The position numbers and the translations under genes are program-made. The notes beneath the pieces were generated by a model, which did not search any database, was not told the DNA's origin, and saw only the letters and a list, made by a program, of their open reading frames with translations. From Octopus sinensis (taxonomy: Eukaryota), in contig NC_043016.1 of NCBI RefSeq assembly GCF_006345805.1, positions 15,934,001-15,998,000 of the forward strand: a stretch of DNA of 64,000 bases, read 5' to 3'. Positions 1-13,248 of this stretch are shown here, one piece after another (the stretch's first letter is position 1; every line of letters begins with the position of its first letter).

Positions 1-1786
1 CGGACGTTAAACGACGATGAATGCAGGAAATATTTTGCCAATTTTTTTATACAATTCCCAATAATATTTAATTATGAATATATATTAGGATTTTAAAAAT
101 ATTGAATAGTTATGAGGATCCATTTGAGTAAAACAGGAATCTAAGAGGTCCATAGGGGAAGAAAATGGTTAAGAATCACTGATGTGGACAATCATATCTC
201 ATACATAAATGTCTTCTAATCTTCATACTGTACAACAGCCATACCAACTATGCTTACTATAGGAGCATGACCTTTAAGGTCACAGGTCAGTCTTGCCCTC
301 CTCTAACAAATTTACATCTTTAAACACACATTAATGGCCTCAACAGAAACAGGAGATTAAATAAAAACAAAAACACAATTAATATTTACAAAGTTTTATT
401 GGTATAAAAAGTTTTTCCAAAAAACGAAACCAAAAAAAAAAAAAAAATTAAAGTGTTGTTCTTTGAAAATGATGTGTAAATAAAGAGATGGTACCAAGAA
501 GAAAATACCTTTGAAATGGTTTTACCTCAATCTCAATCAGGTTCCTTATTTTGAACTCCAAGAAGTTTTTAAAAATTTTTTATTTCAATGCAAAATGTGT
601 GTGTATAAAATACACGTGTGTGTGTTATATATAATGTATACATATTATACACACACTCAATTTCAATACATTTTTTTTAAATACTGAGAGAAGTTAGAAA
701 AGAAACTATTTGTGACTAATTTCAAGAAAGTCATCCTGAGGACTAAATTGAATGAGTCATAAAATAATACTGTTTTGGAACCAGTTCAAAATTTGGTTCC
801 CTAATACACAAACTATGAACCAATTTCAATATTAACCCCTTCCTCATCCCCACCCACCAACTTTAAGCATACGTTCATATACACTAACATACAGTATTAC
901 ACACGATTGAGTGTGTACACATATTAACACTTCCCTCTGAAGAAAAACCGTTTCACAGCAAAACTCTTCTAGCAGCAGCAACCGATTGGAGAGGCAGCTG
1001 TTCCACCAAATCAAAGTTAATACATTGCATTATCAATGTAGTGTTGCCTCATGGACCGAAACAGGCTCCGGTTATCTAACTGTAACAATCACTCTACTAC
1101 CATCCATCTCGTCATTAACTTAGATTGGCAAACATTTATAAAAATTCCATTCTAGATTATTGGAGAATTCTTTTTTAATAGAAAAATTCCAATTTTCTTT
1201 TCTTGAATTTACTACATAAAAAAATGAAATGTGTCATGGTATCTCGATAGATCCCTAAGCCATGAAATTATACCTAGAATTATTTGACTACCAGACAAAA
1301 TGTCTTGTTATTCATTTTGAGTCTTTACATACTGGGTTCAAATCACACCAAGGCCAATAAAGAATGAGTCAAGTGCTGGGATCTATTTAACTAACTTTCT
1401 GGATTTATAATCTATAAAAGAAATTATTTAACTAGATTGTTACCTGTAAAGACAACAGGTACCATAGAAAGTATATCTTTGCTACCATGGATCAATATCA
1501 AGAAATAAGGCAAACATACAATAATTCTAATTTAACGTTTATCAAATTTCTGAGACCTTAAAAAGAAATGATGAAATAATGAATACTAATTATCAAAATA
1601 AAAAATAAAAATCTCGTTTGACTCCACCCATGACCAATCTGTTTATTAGTCCCTCTCCACCTCCTACAACCAACCCAAGTATATGTACTCATCCTGCACC
1701 TCTCGTGTTAACTATCTCCACCCCTTCTCTAAATGATTTAAAGTGACTGGAGATTTAAAACCAACCTTTATATCAGCTCTCATGGC

Positions 1787-1817
<31 letters not shown>

Positions 1818-3194
1818 AATGCAGCAGCAAGCTGGCAGAACCATCAAGCAAAATGCTTTCTGGCATTTTGTCTGGTTTTTTCAATCTGAGTTTAAATTCC
1901 ACCGGGGTCAACTTTGCTTTTCATTCTTTCAGGGTCGATAAAATAAGTACCAGTTGAGTACTGGGGTTGATCTAATTGAGTTACCCCCCCCCCCACAAAA
2001 TTGCTGGACTTGTGCCTATAGTAGAAAGGATTATTAATATTAAATTTAGGGAAACTGAATCATTTTTATGGGTTTTTAAAAAAAAAATCTCCAATTGAAT
2101 TATGCAATATTCCAAATTATATTTTGAAATATAGGTGGAAGAAGCAGACGTAGATCTGCCATCGTCTTGATGGCACTGAAATCAGGTTTCAATCTTTGCT
2201 GGTGTCTATTTTATTTCACATTACATTCCCTCCTACCCTCTTTCCTTTCCCTGCAAATCTTTTGCTGCCGACATGTCTTTACCATTTACAGTAAACTCTT
2301 AAGCATATCCAGAAATAAATCTAATATATTAATACTGTTTAAAAATTCTTGTAAATACTGAGACTTTTTACTGTGAAAAGTATTATTGGGCAAACACGTG
2401 TATACACACGCAATATATGTGCTATACACACCCACATAATCAATAAAATATGTATAAGTAATCAATATGTAAATGTAATTATGTACTTCATTTGAGCATT
2501 TCATCCAATGAACTCATTGTATTTATATTCTTCATAAATTAAATAATAATGAAATGTATGAACAACCTGAATTTGAAAACTTAGAGAAAGGTATGAATTA
2601 TATGAAGATTAAGTTAAAAATCAACTAAATATATTAAATATTGCACCCTTATCTTGCTAAGTTTATGAGATATAAAAAGAACACTGAAGTACCCTGGTAT
2701 AACAACTTATATCATTATTTACCCACAGAAAAACCTTTTAGTGTATTCTACAATAGGTTGTCATGGAAATTTATATTGACCAATCCCACCAAAAATTACA
2801 TTTAAATAAAATGGTTTGACAATTTTTGGCATGAAATTTTATGTGTGTGTGTATTGTAATTTTTCCATCACTTTTCCCAGGGTAGCACAGGGTAGATTAA
2901 TGCACCATCACATTCACACTCCATTTCTATGACCTTTTCCTTGCTAACATGGTTTCAATTAACAATGTTCATTTACACTGTATTTTTTCCCCATGTTTAT
3001 ATATTTGGTGCCTTACATAAATGAATACTTAATATAATTGATACCTCCTGTACAAACTCAATATTTTCATGTTTTATTTTTTTTCACACACAACAAGAAA
3101 TCAATTTCCTCATATCAGCTGACATCAACAACAAATATTACATGAGAAACAATTAACAACAAAAACATACAAGTAAACTGAAATGTAAAACAGG

Positions 3195-3257
3195 GGCACC
3201 AATCAATATAATTTTGGCACCAATCAATATAATTTTGGTACCAACCAAAATAATTTT
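3195..3257. repeat. 21-bp minisatellite x3
   Basis: ggcaccaatcaatataatttt twice, plus one diverged copy. Confidence 0.85.
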
Positions 3258-3383
3258 TGATATTCTTATATTTCTCAGGACCAAAACTAGAATATTAATA
3301 TTTCCCTAACATAAGACCAAATAAAACAAACAATGGTCTCAGATACAGGCTGCTACAATGTTAATTGTAGCCATAGATTTTAA

Positions 3384-3591
3384 TCCTTTTGATACCAAAC
3401 TCTCTGAGTTCTTTGATATGAACTTCCTGCTTTAAAATTATCTAAATTAAAACAATCAAAATTTCATCTTAATTTATGTTCCAAACATCAGCTTAATTAA
3501 CGATAATATTATTTAACTAAATTCTTTATTATTTTCAAAATTAATTGAAACAGAGGCAGTAGATGTCAACAGAAATATGGTAGCAAAAGGT
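3384..3591. mobile_element. piggyBac-type MITE related to the 8284-9359 element
   Basis: TTAA at the left, decayed CC(C)TTT..AAAGG ends. One end aligns over about 80 bp with the 8284 terminus (..tatttctg..tgtttcaattaattt..aatttagt). Confidence 0.7.
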
Positions 3592-4079
3592 TTAGGAAAA
3601 CAAAATTGGTGTTCTTTATTTAGAATTTTAATCCTTAATGACCAAGTCTTTATTTTACTTTTATTTTAAAAGTCCTTTTCTCTATTTATTTTAGTAAGTT
3701 TTAAAAATATATTTACAGGCTATAATTTAAAAATGAAATATCTATTTTCTAACTGTAAAAAAAAAAATTTTAACAGGAATCTGAACAAAATGGATTTTGG
3801 AATTTTCCAAATGTGCTGAAATCTGCTTTGAATACAAGTGTGTGTGTGTGTGTGTGACAGTAGTAAGTACATTGTGTTTGTAATGATGATGTTAAATGGT
3901 GACACAGAGTCTACAGTTTAAAAAGATTAAGATTTAAATCTTATTGATTTCCAATTAAACTGCTTACATGAATGATAAGCCATGAGAAAGAGATCAATAC
4001 TTTTTGAGATGTCATACTGCTACAGAAAGATTCACTGGACAACAAAAACAACAAACACTGCAGACATAAATGGTAAATG

Positions 4080-4310
4080 GTAGGTGCCATTCCTCTTTAA
4101 CACAGGTTGTGTAACATTTGGGACAGATCTTCAAAATTCTTGAAAAGGCCATGTTTGGAATGATGAATGATACAAGGTGGAAGAAAAAGAAAAGAAAAAG
4201 ATTGGAAAAGAGACCAACTGGTTGTAATGTACAAGATCTGTGTATGGCAGCCAACAATGAAAGATATCAAGAAACCTAAAAGAGATTCACTGGAGACCTG
4301 AAGTTAAAAA
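4080..4310 (+). mobile_element. Old RTE 3' fragment
   Basis: ILEKAMFGMMNDTRW..RKR...TGCNVQDLCMAA resembles an RTE C-terminus. Confidence 0.55.
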
Positions 4311-4349
4311 GCCTAAAATCTCATTCCACATCAACAAATGAATACTATT

Positions 4350-4855
4350 ATTACATTACATATCCTGTAGTCTGGTTGCCCACTAGAGGTCACCACTGGT
4401 AACCTTGTGACCTGATCAGTCTGGTTGCCCACTAGAGGTCACCACTGGTAACCTTGTGACCTGATCCTTCCACTCTGTCTCTCACAGATAGGCCTCCCCA
4501 CTCACAGATGTTGTTTACCCTCCTCTTTCTCTGTCTGCCTTTGCACCTGCCACCTTCGACCATTCCCTGAAGGATTGTTTTGGCCATTCCTGATGAGCAG
4601 GTAACATGCCCAACCACTGGAGCTTGTTTTTCTTTACTGTGTTAAAAAGTTCCTTAAAGGGTCCCGTTGCCTGCCTTCTTCCTCTCACTTCTTCATTTGT
4701 GACACAGTCTCTGTATGAGTATAGGGGGTTCTGGTCAGAGATAGTACCTTTGTAGTCTGGCTGTTGCACCCTGCTACTAGAGCAGGAGTGCGGGGAGCAC
4801 ACTAATTCTTGACCATCTTCTAAATCTCTCATGTCTGGTTCTTCATGTCACAACC
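4350..4855 (-). mobile_element. RTE/BovB-like LINE 3' end(s) with a 49-bp tandem duplication (4369-4417/4418-4466)
   Basis: SYRDCVTNEEVR..TVKKNKLQW.GHV..SSGMAKTILQG.VEGGR.KGRQRKR. Confidence 0.85.
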
Positions 4856-4859
4856 TGGG

Positions 4860-6075
4860 CAATGGTCTCAGCAGGCCGGCTAAACAATGTGAAGGGGTGG
4901 TATGAACATGGCACCACTGGGTGAAGGACCACCTTGGTTGCAAAATACTGGCCAAGACGGAAGAGTTACAAGTAAAACTTAATGGCTACTTGTTCTTGAC
5001 CTGGGTGCACTGCCTGGTTGGAGGAAGTTGGCCTTGGTCAGGCATGGAGAGGGATGGGCTTTGTTGGGCTGTATTGCCCAAGCTACATTAAATGATGACA
5101 ATCAGAGTTGAACCTGTACATGATCAGCTGTCACTTGGATCTCTAAGGGCCACACCTTCTGTTGCGCACCAGGCTGGAAGTGTCAAGTATGCAACTGACA
5201 TACAAAACAAGATTTATGCCACAAAGAACATCTCCATTGGCACATGGAATGTAAGAACACTCCAAGCACCAAGTAAGGTTGAGGAACTGGGGCATGAAAT
5301 GAACAATTACAGCTGGAACATTCTTGGACTGTGTGAGATGAAATGGAAGAACAGTGGGGAAACCTATACAGAAAAGGGCCACAAGTTTTATTTCAGTGGC
5401 AGAGAAGATATTCATGAGGAGGAAGTAAGTTTCCTAATTAATAAAGACTGTGTGAGTGCAGTGACAGGCTGCCGGCCAGTGTCCAGCAGACTCATCGCTA
5501 TTCGTCCTGAGGGTGAGTCCCTTCAATTTAACTATCGTGTAAGTGTATGCTCCAACATCTGATTACAGCGATGAGGACATTGATGAGTTTTATGACCAGC
5601 TTCACGAAATAGTTGATCAAACACCCAAGCAAGATGTATTGATTGTACAAGGTATTTTGGAATGCCAAAGTAGGGTGAGATGTGTGTGCAAACTGGGAAT
5701 GGTACATGCAGCAGCTTTTCTAACAAAGAGACAAATGAGAGAAGATTGAGATTGAGATTGAATTTGCCACAGCTAATGATCTAAAACTGACAAACACCTT
5801 CGGACCACACAAACTATCTCTGCAATGGATGTGACGTAGTGCTATGGCAAAGTTCAAAACCAGATAGACTATGCCACGGTGAAAAGGCACTTTTATTCCA
5901 ACATAAACAGTGCCAGAACACAGAGCTTCTCTGGTGCAGACATAGGAATCGGTCATGACCTGGTCAGGGTGACTTTCCGTCAGCACCTGAAGAAAATGAA
6001 AAGAGAGGGCTATACAGGAGTTAAATTCAGTCTTGAAAAGCTAAAAGTTCCAGGAATTAGGGAAGAAATTGAAGC
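4860..6075 (+). mobile_element. RTE/BovB-like LINE 5' half (APE endonuclease)
   Basis: IGTWNVRTL, ILGLCEMKW, VSSRLI, VYAPT, NQIDY and SDHD-like motifs over frameshifted ORFs at 5092-6100. Confidence 0.9.
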
Positions 6076-8283
6076 TAAATACAATTATAATACCACATAA
6101 AAGATCCAAAATGTTTAAAACAGAAACTAACATAATGAATAGACATGCATTCTCTTGTATTATTATTATTATTATTATTATTACTACTACTACTATTATT
6201 ACTACTACAACTCTCTAAGTCGAGATATTGCCATTCAATCAAATAAAGGATTGATGGTTTACATCCTAATATACGTTAGCTCTCACTGGCTCAGTCCATC
6301 TTGATGTAGATAGAAACCACAAACACATGTATATTAAACTTAACTTCTGAAAAAGAGGTTTACTATTGAATAGCAAGAATTACTGCAACTAATGAGTGCT
6401 TCTTTATCAAAGAGTGCCAAACACAAATATTAGCATTGATTTAACTTGGAGTCTATAATAAGGTTAATGATTCATTGAGGGATTACATATATATTTATAT
6501 TTATATATGATTAAGGTAAGTCAAGCAACTGGCTTTATCACAATCTGCATGACAAATATTGAATATTGATCATTTAATGATTGATTGAAATTCAATTAAG
6601 TGTTTTAAAAAAAAATGTGAAGTGAAGTTTTATTTTTTAAAAATATGTGAGTGAAAGGATCAATAAATTAATAAGGTAGTTGTGGCAACTCCCATAATGC
6701 AACAGGGGAAACTTGTGCCATGTTGAGCCCCCTACTACATGAACTGGGTTCTCAACCGACACAAAGTTAGTCTATTGCTGTTAATGCCTGTTACAAAAAG
6801 GCATGAATGCCACAACACATAGGATTATTTTTTTGTGCTTAAAGAAAAAAAAAATCCCCCCCACCCAATCAACCTCCAGTATTTGGGTATTTTATGATAT
6901 TGATCATAACAATAACTGTACATGTATAAATATTAAGGGAAATGGAAATCAATTCTAGATTAAATACACACAGACACACACACGTTTGTTTATATATATA
7001 TATATATATATATACCACTGCAATGGCAGTTGTAAGTGGAAGGGTTTTTCACTAGTTTCATTTAGCTCATGAGTGTTATAAGAAGCAATAGCTAGCTTGA
7101 AATTAGGTATAGTTGAATAAGAAATTTTTACTCTTTTTGTGAATATTTTGCCGTATTTATGAATTGGGGTAAGTTGTTACAAGTTAGACAGAAGAGTCAG
7201 TAAACTTGAGGGGATGGACTTAGTTGATACAACTGACCTGAGTATTTTTTTCTTTTGACCCCCGAAAGGATGAAAGAGCTGGTAAAAATATCGCAGGACA
7301 GTCTTTTTTTGACACTTATAATTCTGCCATCTCACCAATCTTAAAAATTGTCTCTAATTTATGCCCAAGACCAGCAGTTTTGAAGGGAAGGAGTGCTCAA
7401 GCAAATCCAGTACTTGACTGGTGTTTATCTTATCAAAGGATTAAAGGCAAAGTTAACCTTAGCAAGGAAAAAAAAATGAGCCCTATAATTTTGTCAAAGA
7501 CTTAGTCTTTGATTTAAAGTACATTCCATAAAAGTGAAGTGTCACCGGAATCAACCAGAGAGAGAGAGGAAAGAAAAAGATGCAAAACAAAAAGGAATGG
7601 CTAAACTAGGAACTGCAACCACATTACAAAAATATGTTGCAGCTTTAAGGAATTAGAATAATAATAATAATAATAATAATAATCATCAGGAAAGTGTTAG
7701 ATGATTGAACAGACGTGGTAGCATGGACCTGTAGGCTGCAGGTAGCAAGCCCACTATGCATGCAATAATAATAATAATAATCCTTCCTACTGGAAGCACA
7801 ATGCCTCAGATTTGGAGAATAGATTAAATTGATTACATCAAACCCAGTGCATAACTGGTACTTATTTAACCAATCCCAAAAGGATGAAAGGAAAAATCAA
7901 CCACAGCAGAATTTGAATGATAATAATAAATGGTTCTGTTGATAAGAAATCAGAAAATGAGTTTATTAGAAAGTATAGGAGTTATTAGGGGCAGTGGTTT
8001 GTATTTTAGTGAATGGATTTTGTGTGTGTGGGGGAGAGTGATTTGGTGTAAAAGAATGAGATATAATATTTATCACTGCAGATATTTTGTTAAATTTCAG
8101 ACAGCAGCACAAGGAAATTTACATTTGTATTAGTTTAACCTGGTTTGCTGTTCAATCTGATCGATAACTGCTGGGGATCTTAAAGGAGAAAAGCTTGCTT
8201 GTAATGACAGAATAGGGTCTTTGTCATGGTGAGGAGAGACAGAAATTTTCTTTTGCTTTAAAAGCTTCAGAGCTTTTGCTTAA

Positions 8284-9359
8284 CCCTTTCGTTACTATAT
8301 TTCTGACCAAAATACACCCCTTATGTGTTTCAATTAATTTCTAACGTAATCATAAATTTAGTCTGGTTTCATTAAACAACTATAACTTTTTTATTTATCA
8401 ATATATTAACGTGAATTTTGGAAGATAATTTAATGAAATGTTCTCAACCAATTCTACACTATAATTTTTGTCACAAAGTGACTCTAATTGCAGGTAGATA
8501 CAGGTAAATTCAACAATATATAAAATTATTAAAATTTTGTTCAAACATCACTATAGAAAACTAATATTCAGTTGGGTATACAACAAAATTTTACGATAGA
8601 ATTTGTTATTCTGGGTAACTTTCTGATACCTATAATAATATTTATGGCAAAATAGTCTTAATTTCATTTAAGGTTGTGGGAAACCATTAACTATCCTTTC
8701 TTTCGCTTTGTTTATGTTTAGCGTAACGGTTCGTTTCCGCCGTAATGATTTCAAATAGGCTCATTTGAAAAAGTAAAAAGAAATAGTCTAAGGCTTTACT
8801 CTTCTGGGAAAGTCTGTGGCTTGGTCCAGTTTCTTCAGAAAAATCACCGAAAGAAACAGTTTTTAAATTTTCACTCCATTCAGGTGCCAATTCATTTTCT
8901 TTATCGCTGCCAGAGCTCTCAGATTCACTGTTTTCACTTTCGGAAAATGAAACATCAGATTCATTATCAAATACCACGTGCTTTTTTTTTTCAGTCATAG
9001 AGTTAGATTTATCAAGGTCTTCAGTAGAAAATCCTTCGAATTCTGACTCGCTGCTTGATATAATGAAATTCGTATCCATTTTTTGTCAGAATTACAAATT
9101 TTGAAAACACAATAGGAACAAATTTCGGAAAAAAATCTCCCAAAATTCACGGAATTAAAATTACACTTTGATCGTTGTACAAAACTGTAGATGAACTGTT
9201 TACGAAGTATAATCACTTGTTTTCGCGAATGTACTAAAGAGATTTGTTCTGATATTCTCATTTAAATATGAATAGGTAAATACGGGCGGGTTTGGGCGGC
9301 TTGGTCACATTAACCAAAATTTTTTTCGGGCGGCTTTGGGCGGTTTTGTAACGAAAGGG
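8284..9359 (-). mobile_element. piggyBac internal-deletion derivative (1076 bp)
   Basis: TTAA TSDs at 8280-8283 and 9360-9363. Perfect 12-bp TIRs ccctttcgttac/gtaacgaaaggg. 16-bp subterminal direct repeats gggcgg(g/c)tttgggcgg at 9284 and 9328. Confidence 0.92.
8687..9079 (-). CDS. Truncated piggyBac transposase N-terminus (130 aa)
   Basis: Acidic Ser-rich leader followed by FSEETGP...ALDYFFLLF...IITAETNRYA, typical of the start of the piggyBac (DDE_Tnp_1_7) domain. No catalytic DDD region. Confidence 0.8.
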   Translation of the reverse strand: MDTNFIISSSESEFEGFSTEDLDKSNSMTEKKKHVVFDNESDVSFSESENSESESSGSDKENELAPEWSENLKTVSFGDFSEETGPSHRLSQKSKALDYFFLLFQMSLFEIITAETNRYAKHKQSERKDS

Positions 9360-9788
9360 TTAAAACTTGAAATATTCAACTAAAATGAGACAAATACAGG
9401 CATAGCTGTGCAGTTGAGAAGTTCAATTTGCAATGCTGTGGTTCTAGATTTGATCTCAGTGCAAGGTTGCCATGGACAAGTGTCTTCTAAGACAGATACA
9501 GCAGATAATCCAATGCTGCCCGAGTGAAAATTTTGTAGACGGAAACTATGTAGAAGCCTGCCATAGGTGTGTGTGTGTGTGCATGTGTTTATGTTAAGGC
9601 TGATTTAGAAAGTAGTATTATATCATCTCAATGAGGTGAGAACCGTTATTAATTAAAGAGGAACAGCAATGATGAAATGGTGTGAACAATGATCAGGAAG
9701 GTAAAAAAAGGGACAATATAAAATCCTGTAAAAAGACATTTCAAGACCAGCACTCTACCATTTCTGCCAGCCTACTAAGCCTTTATAT

Positions 9789-9848
<60 letters not shown>

Positions 9849-10618
9849 TATGCATTACTATCATTTAAAAGTAAGTGAATAGTTAATCTGATTGAATACA
9901 AACAAAATTGGTGGTCAGTTGTCACAGACAAGTTAGAGAAAAAGAAGAAAAAAAAAGAAGAAAAAAAAAGAAGAAAAGCAAGTATTTCGGGAGATAAGGT
10001 AGAATTACTTGTGTGACAACAACAATAATTTTTGTTTTGTGGTTTGAAACCTTAACATGGAACTGGTCACAACCAATTTGAGCAATGTTTTGCAATTTGT
10101 GGAATTCTACCACATTCACATAAATCTGAAAATAATTCTGTTGGCATCAGTTTCGGTTTACCAAATTAAATACTCTTTCATAATGAGTACAATTGTAACA
10201 ACAACTGCCGTATTATTTATATATACTCACACACACACACACATTCTTACTTGCTTCAGCCATGCTGGAGCACTGCCTTGAAGGGTTTAATTGAACAAAT
10301 TGATCCTAAAACTTAATTTTTTCTATAGGAGTTAATGGGTGCAAACCCCTTCTACTGCTAAGTTAGTGGGGTGTAAACAAACACAAAGACCCATGCATGC
10401 ACACACATTCAGAATACTAAAACATGTTGGCTAAACCAATTCTACACAATTGTTACACTGTGTGTGTGTGTGTATACACCCATACATCCACACAGGGTGT
10501 GTGTAGCTAAAAACATAGACGCTCAATATTATAACTCATCTTTTACTTTTAGCCGTACGGTCTACATTAGCTCTAACCATTCAGCGCACTTTATTTCAGT
10601 AAACATTGGTTTTATTAC

Positions 10619-10860
10619 ACAGGTTTGTGAGGTGTAGACGTGGAGGTCTTCAAAGAGTACCTGGACAAATTTTTATCTGAAATACCAGATGAACCAATAT
10701 TGTGGAAAGAGGTACAAAGAAGACTGGCTCTGTCCAGCTCGCTGCTTCACACACACACACACACACACAAAAACTACAGAAGGGAAACCCAAACACACTG
10801 AAAGGCGGTGCTCCAGCATGGTCCCAGCCTTTCGCTGAAACCAGTAAAAGATAAAAGGTT
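10619..10860 (+). mobile_element. CR1/L2-type LINE 3' end sharing its tail with family-B SINEs
   Basis: GVDVEVFKEYLDKFLSEIPDEP, then ggcggtgctccagcatgg..ctgaaaccagtaaaagataaaag. Confidence 0.7.
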
Positions 10861-12253
10861 TGAAACAAACAGAAATTAAAACTGCAATATATATACACAC
10901 ACACACTATATAATATATATGTTATAAATACATATAATGTATGAAATATTAAACATTTCTTTTTAAATATAATATTTTTCCAGTTAAAATTGCAATTTTG
11001 TCCTTTCCTCTCCTTCCATGAGATTTTGGTAAACGGTCAAAAGTCATCTTGTATCATGATGTATTTATTATAGCACAATTTTTCTCTACTTATATTGTTG
11101 TTGTTGGTTGGTGGCTAACACGAGACTGTCAGTGTGACACAGCCACAATAAAAGTATTCTTAGATTATAACAGGATGCTCAGGTAAATGAAATAATTCTC
11201 TCTTTTTTCATAAAAGAGAAAAGAAAATGTTTTTACAACAGGAAAAGAAAAAGAAAAACAAAAAAAATTAACAGTTTTAAAGAAAAATCATGAACACACT
11301 TTCACAAAATATTGCAAAAATGTTACAAATCCGATAAAAAAAAAGGTAAATTGAGAAAATTGGAGGAATAAAAAAAATGCTTCAAAGAATAAGCAAAAAA
11401 AAAAAGCTTGATTTTTGTGTCTCTTTACAAATTGTGATGGCGTGGGGGGGGGGGGGCTAGTGTGAGAAGAAACCAACCAACATGAGTGAAATTGGGACAA
11501 AAGAGGCTATCAACCATTTCTAGTGTATGTGTGTGTGTGTATATATATCTTTTTAATTGAGGAGTGGAGGTCACCAATTCAAATTAGATTTTAAGCTGAA
11601 ATATTTATGAAATGAAATAATTTTTGATGAAAGAAAAAAATAACCCCAAGCTAGTGTCTACCGCATGATTTACTAGTACCTACTGCATAATTACAGACAT
11701 AAAGCTGTAAATGGATATTAGTCAATCCATGTTAATTTTCTAAAATGATACAAAATAGTTTTTAAAATTTTATATATAACTAATAATGCATATTTTGACT
11801 AAAAGCTACCACTTTTACTAATAGGATACTATATGCATATAAAACAAAGCTGAAACTAAAGAAAATGTATAATTTACATTAATAATTATTTTTAGCTCTA
11901 ACTCAGAAACTATGTGTGATTATCTCATTGCTTTTCTATTTCTTTCTTTCTTATCTTCCTATGATTAACTATTGTGTTAATATTCTATACTGATGATGTA
12001 CAAGGTATAGAAACAGGCTGTCCATAGCTATAGGGCAACTACAAAATAATAAATGTATAAATAATACAATATGAATGATTTACTTATAATGATGATTTTG
12101 AAGGAAAAACAAACATTTTTCACAAGATATCCTTCTTTACATGAAACAATAAACTATATATACAGGCCTGTTTCTATATCAAAGTGGAACATACATCTAA
12201 TAAACGGGAGAAGTGGAACTCAATACATAAAGAAGAATATATATATATATATA

Positions 12254-12287
<34 letters not shown>

Positions 12288-12393
12288 TATCACTTGTGAC
12301 TTGATGATATAGACACAGGCGAAGGCGGCGAGCTAGCAGAAACGTTAGCACATTGGGCAAAATGCTTAGCAGTATTTCATCCATCTTTACATT

Positions 12394-12719
12394 CATCATC
12401 GTCGTTTAACGTCCGTTCTCCATGCTAGCATGGGTTGGACGGTTCGACCGGGGTTCTGGGAAGCCAGAAGGCTGCACCAGGCTCCAGTCTAATTTGGCAA
12501 TGTTTCTACAGCTGGATGCCCTTCCTAACGCCAACCACTCCGTGAGTGTAGTGGGTGCTTTTTACGTGCCACCTGCACAGGTGCCAGGCGGGGCTGGCAA
12601 CGGCCACGGTCAGATTGGTGTATTTTATGTGCCACCGGCACGGAAGCCAGTCGAGGCGGTGCTGGCATCGGCCACGAGTCGGATAGTGCTTTTTACGTAC
12701 TTTTTACGTACTTTTTACG
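12394..12719 (-). mobile_element. RTE 3'-UTR-only copy inserted in a family-A tRNA-SINE (12317-12860)
   Basis: tacatt TSD at 12388-12393 and 12720-12725; the SINE resumes in register after the insert. Similar 3'-UTR copies at 25531-25850, 45325-45667, 34550-34840 and 63706-63960. Confidence 0.85.
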
Positions 12720-13148
12720 TACATTCTGAGTTCAAATTCCGCCAAGGCCAACTTTGCCTTTCATTCTTTCGGGGTTGGTAAATTAAGTACCAGTTGTGTA
12801 CTGGGGTCAATCTAATCAACTGGGCCCCTCCCCCAAAATTCAGGACCTTGTAGAGAAGAATATTGACACAGGTGACTTTAGAGCCCAGTTTGATGCCAGA
12901 TCATAAATCAAAGTAAAGAAGATAATATAACATCAAATCTGTAGCAAAATATTTGACATTCCAGAAAGTAGAAAAAAACTTTCTAAATCTCACAATCAGA
13001 GATATTCAGCAACAGTACTTTGGAGTAAAGATTGTTTGCCAACATAACAGGGCAGTCCTGATTTAGAAGTAATGTTACTGTAATTTAGCCCCAGGAGACA
13101 TCGTCTCCAGTTGGCTATACAACATGATCTGTGTCCTTATATTTTTGA

Positions 13149-13248
13149 AAATATTCCAGAAAGTTACTCTAAAAAATATTCTAGAAGTTCCATTAAAAAA
13201 TATTCCAGAAGTCCTTTAAAAAATATTCCAGAAAGTTCCTTTAAAAAA
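13149..13248. repeat. About 23-bp minisatellite x4
   Basis: aaaatattccaga(a)agttcc(t)tta unit. Confidence 0.8.

Noticed and set aside
930-1130. Possible structured ncRNA
   Set aside because: Only a 7-bp hairpin and no box motifs; more likely an old repeat fragment.
2286-2504. Minus-strand ORF ending KKSQYLQEFLNSINILDLFLDMLKSLL* as a terminal exon
   Set aside because: No recognisable homology, no linked exons, and composition matches AT-rich background.
12422-12781. MLAWVGRF.. / FLQLDALPNANHS ORFs (also 17455, 25636, 37514, 45369)
   Set aside because: Antisense translations of the repeated RTE 3' UTR, not a paralogous gene family.
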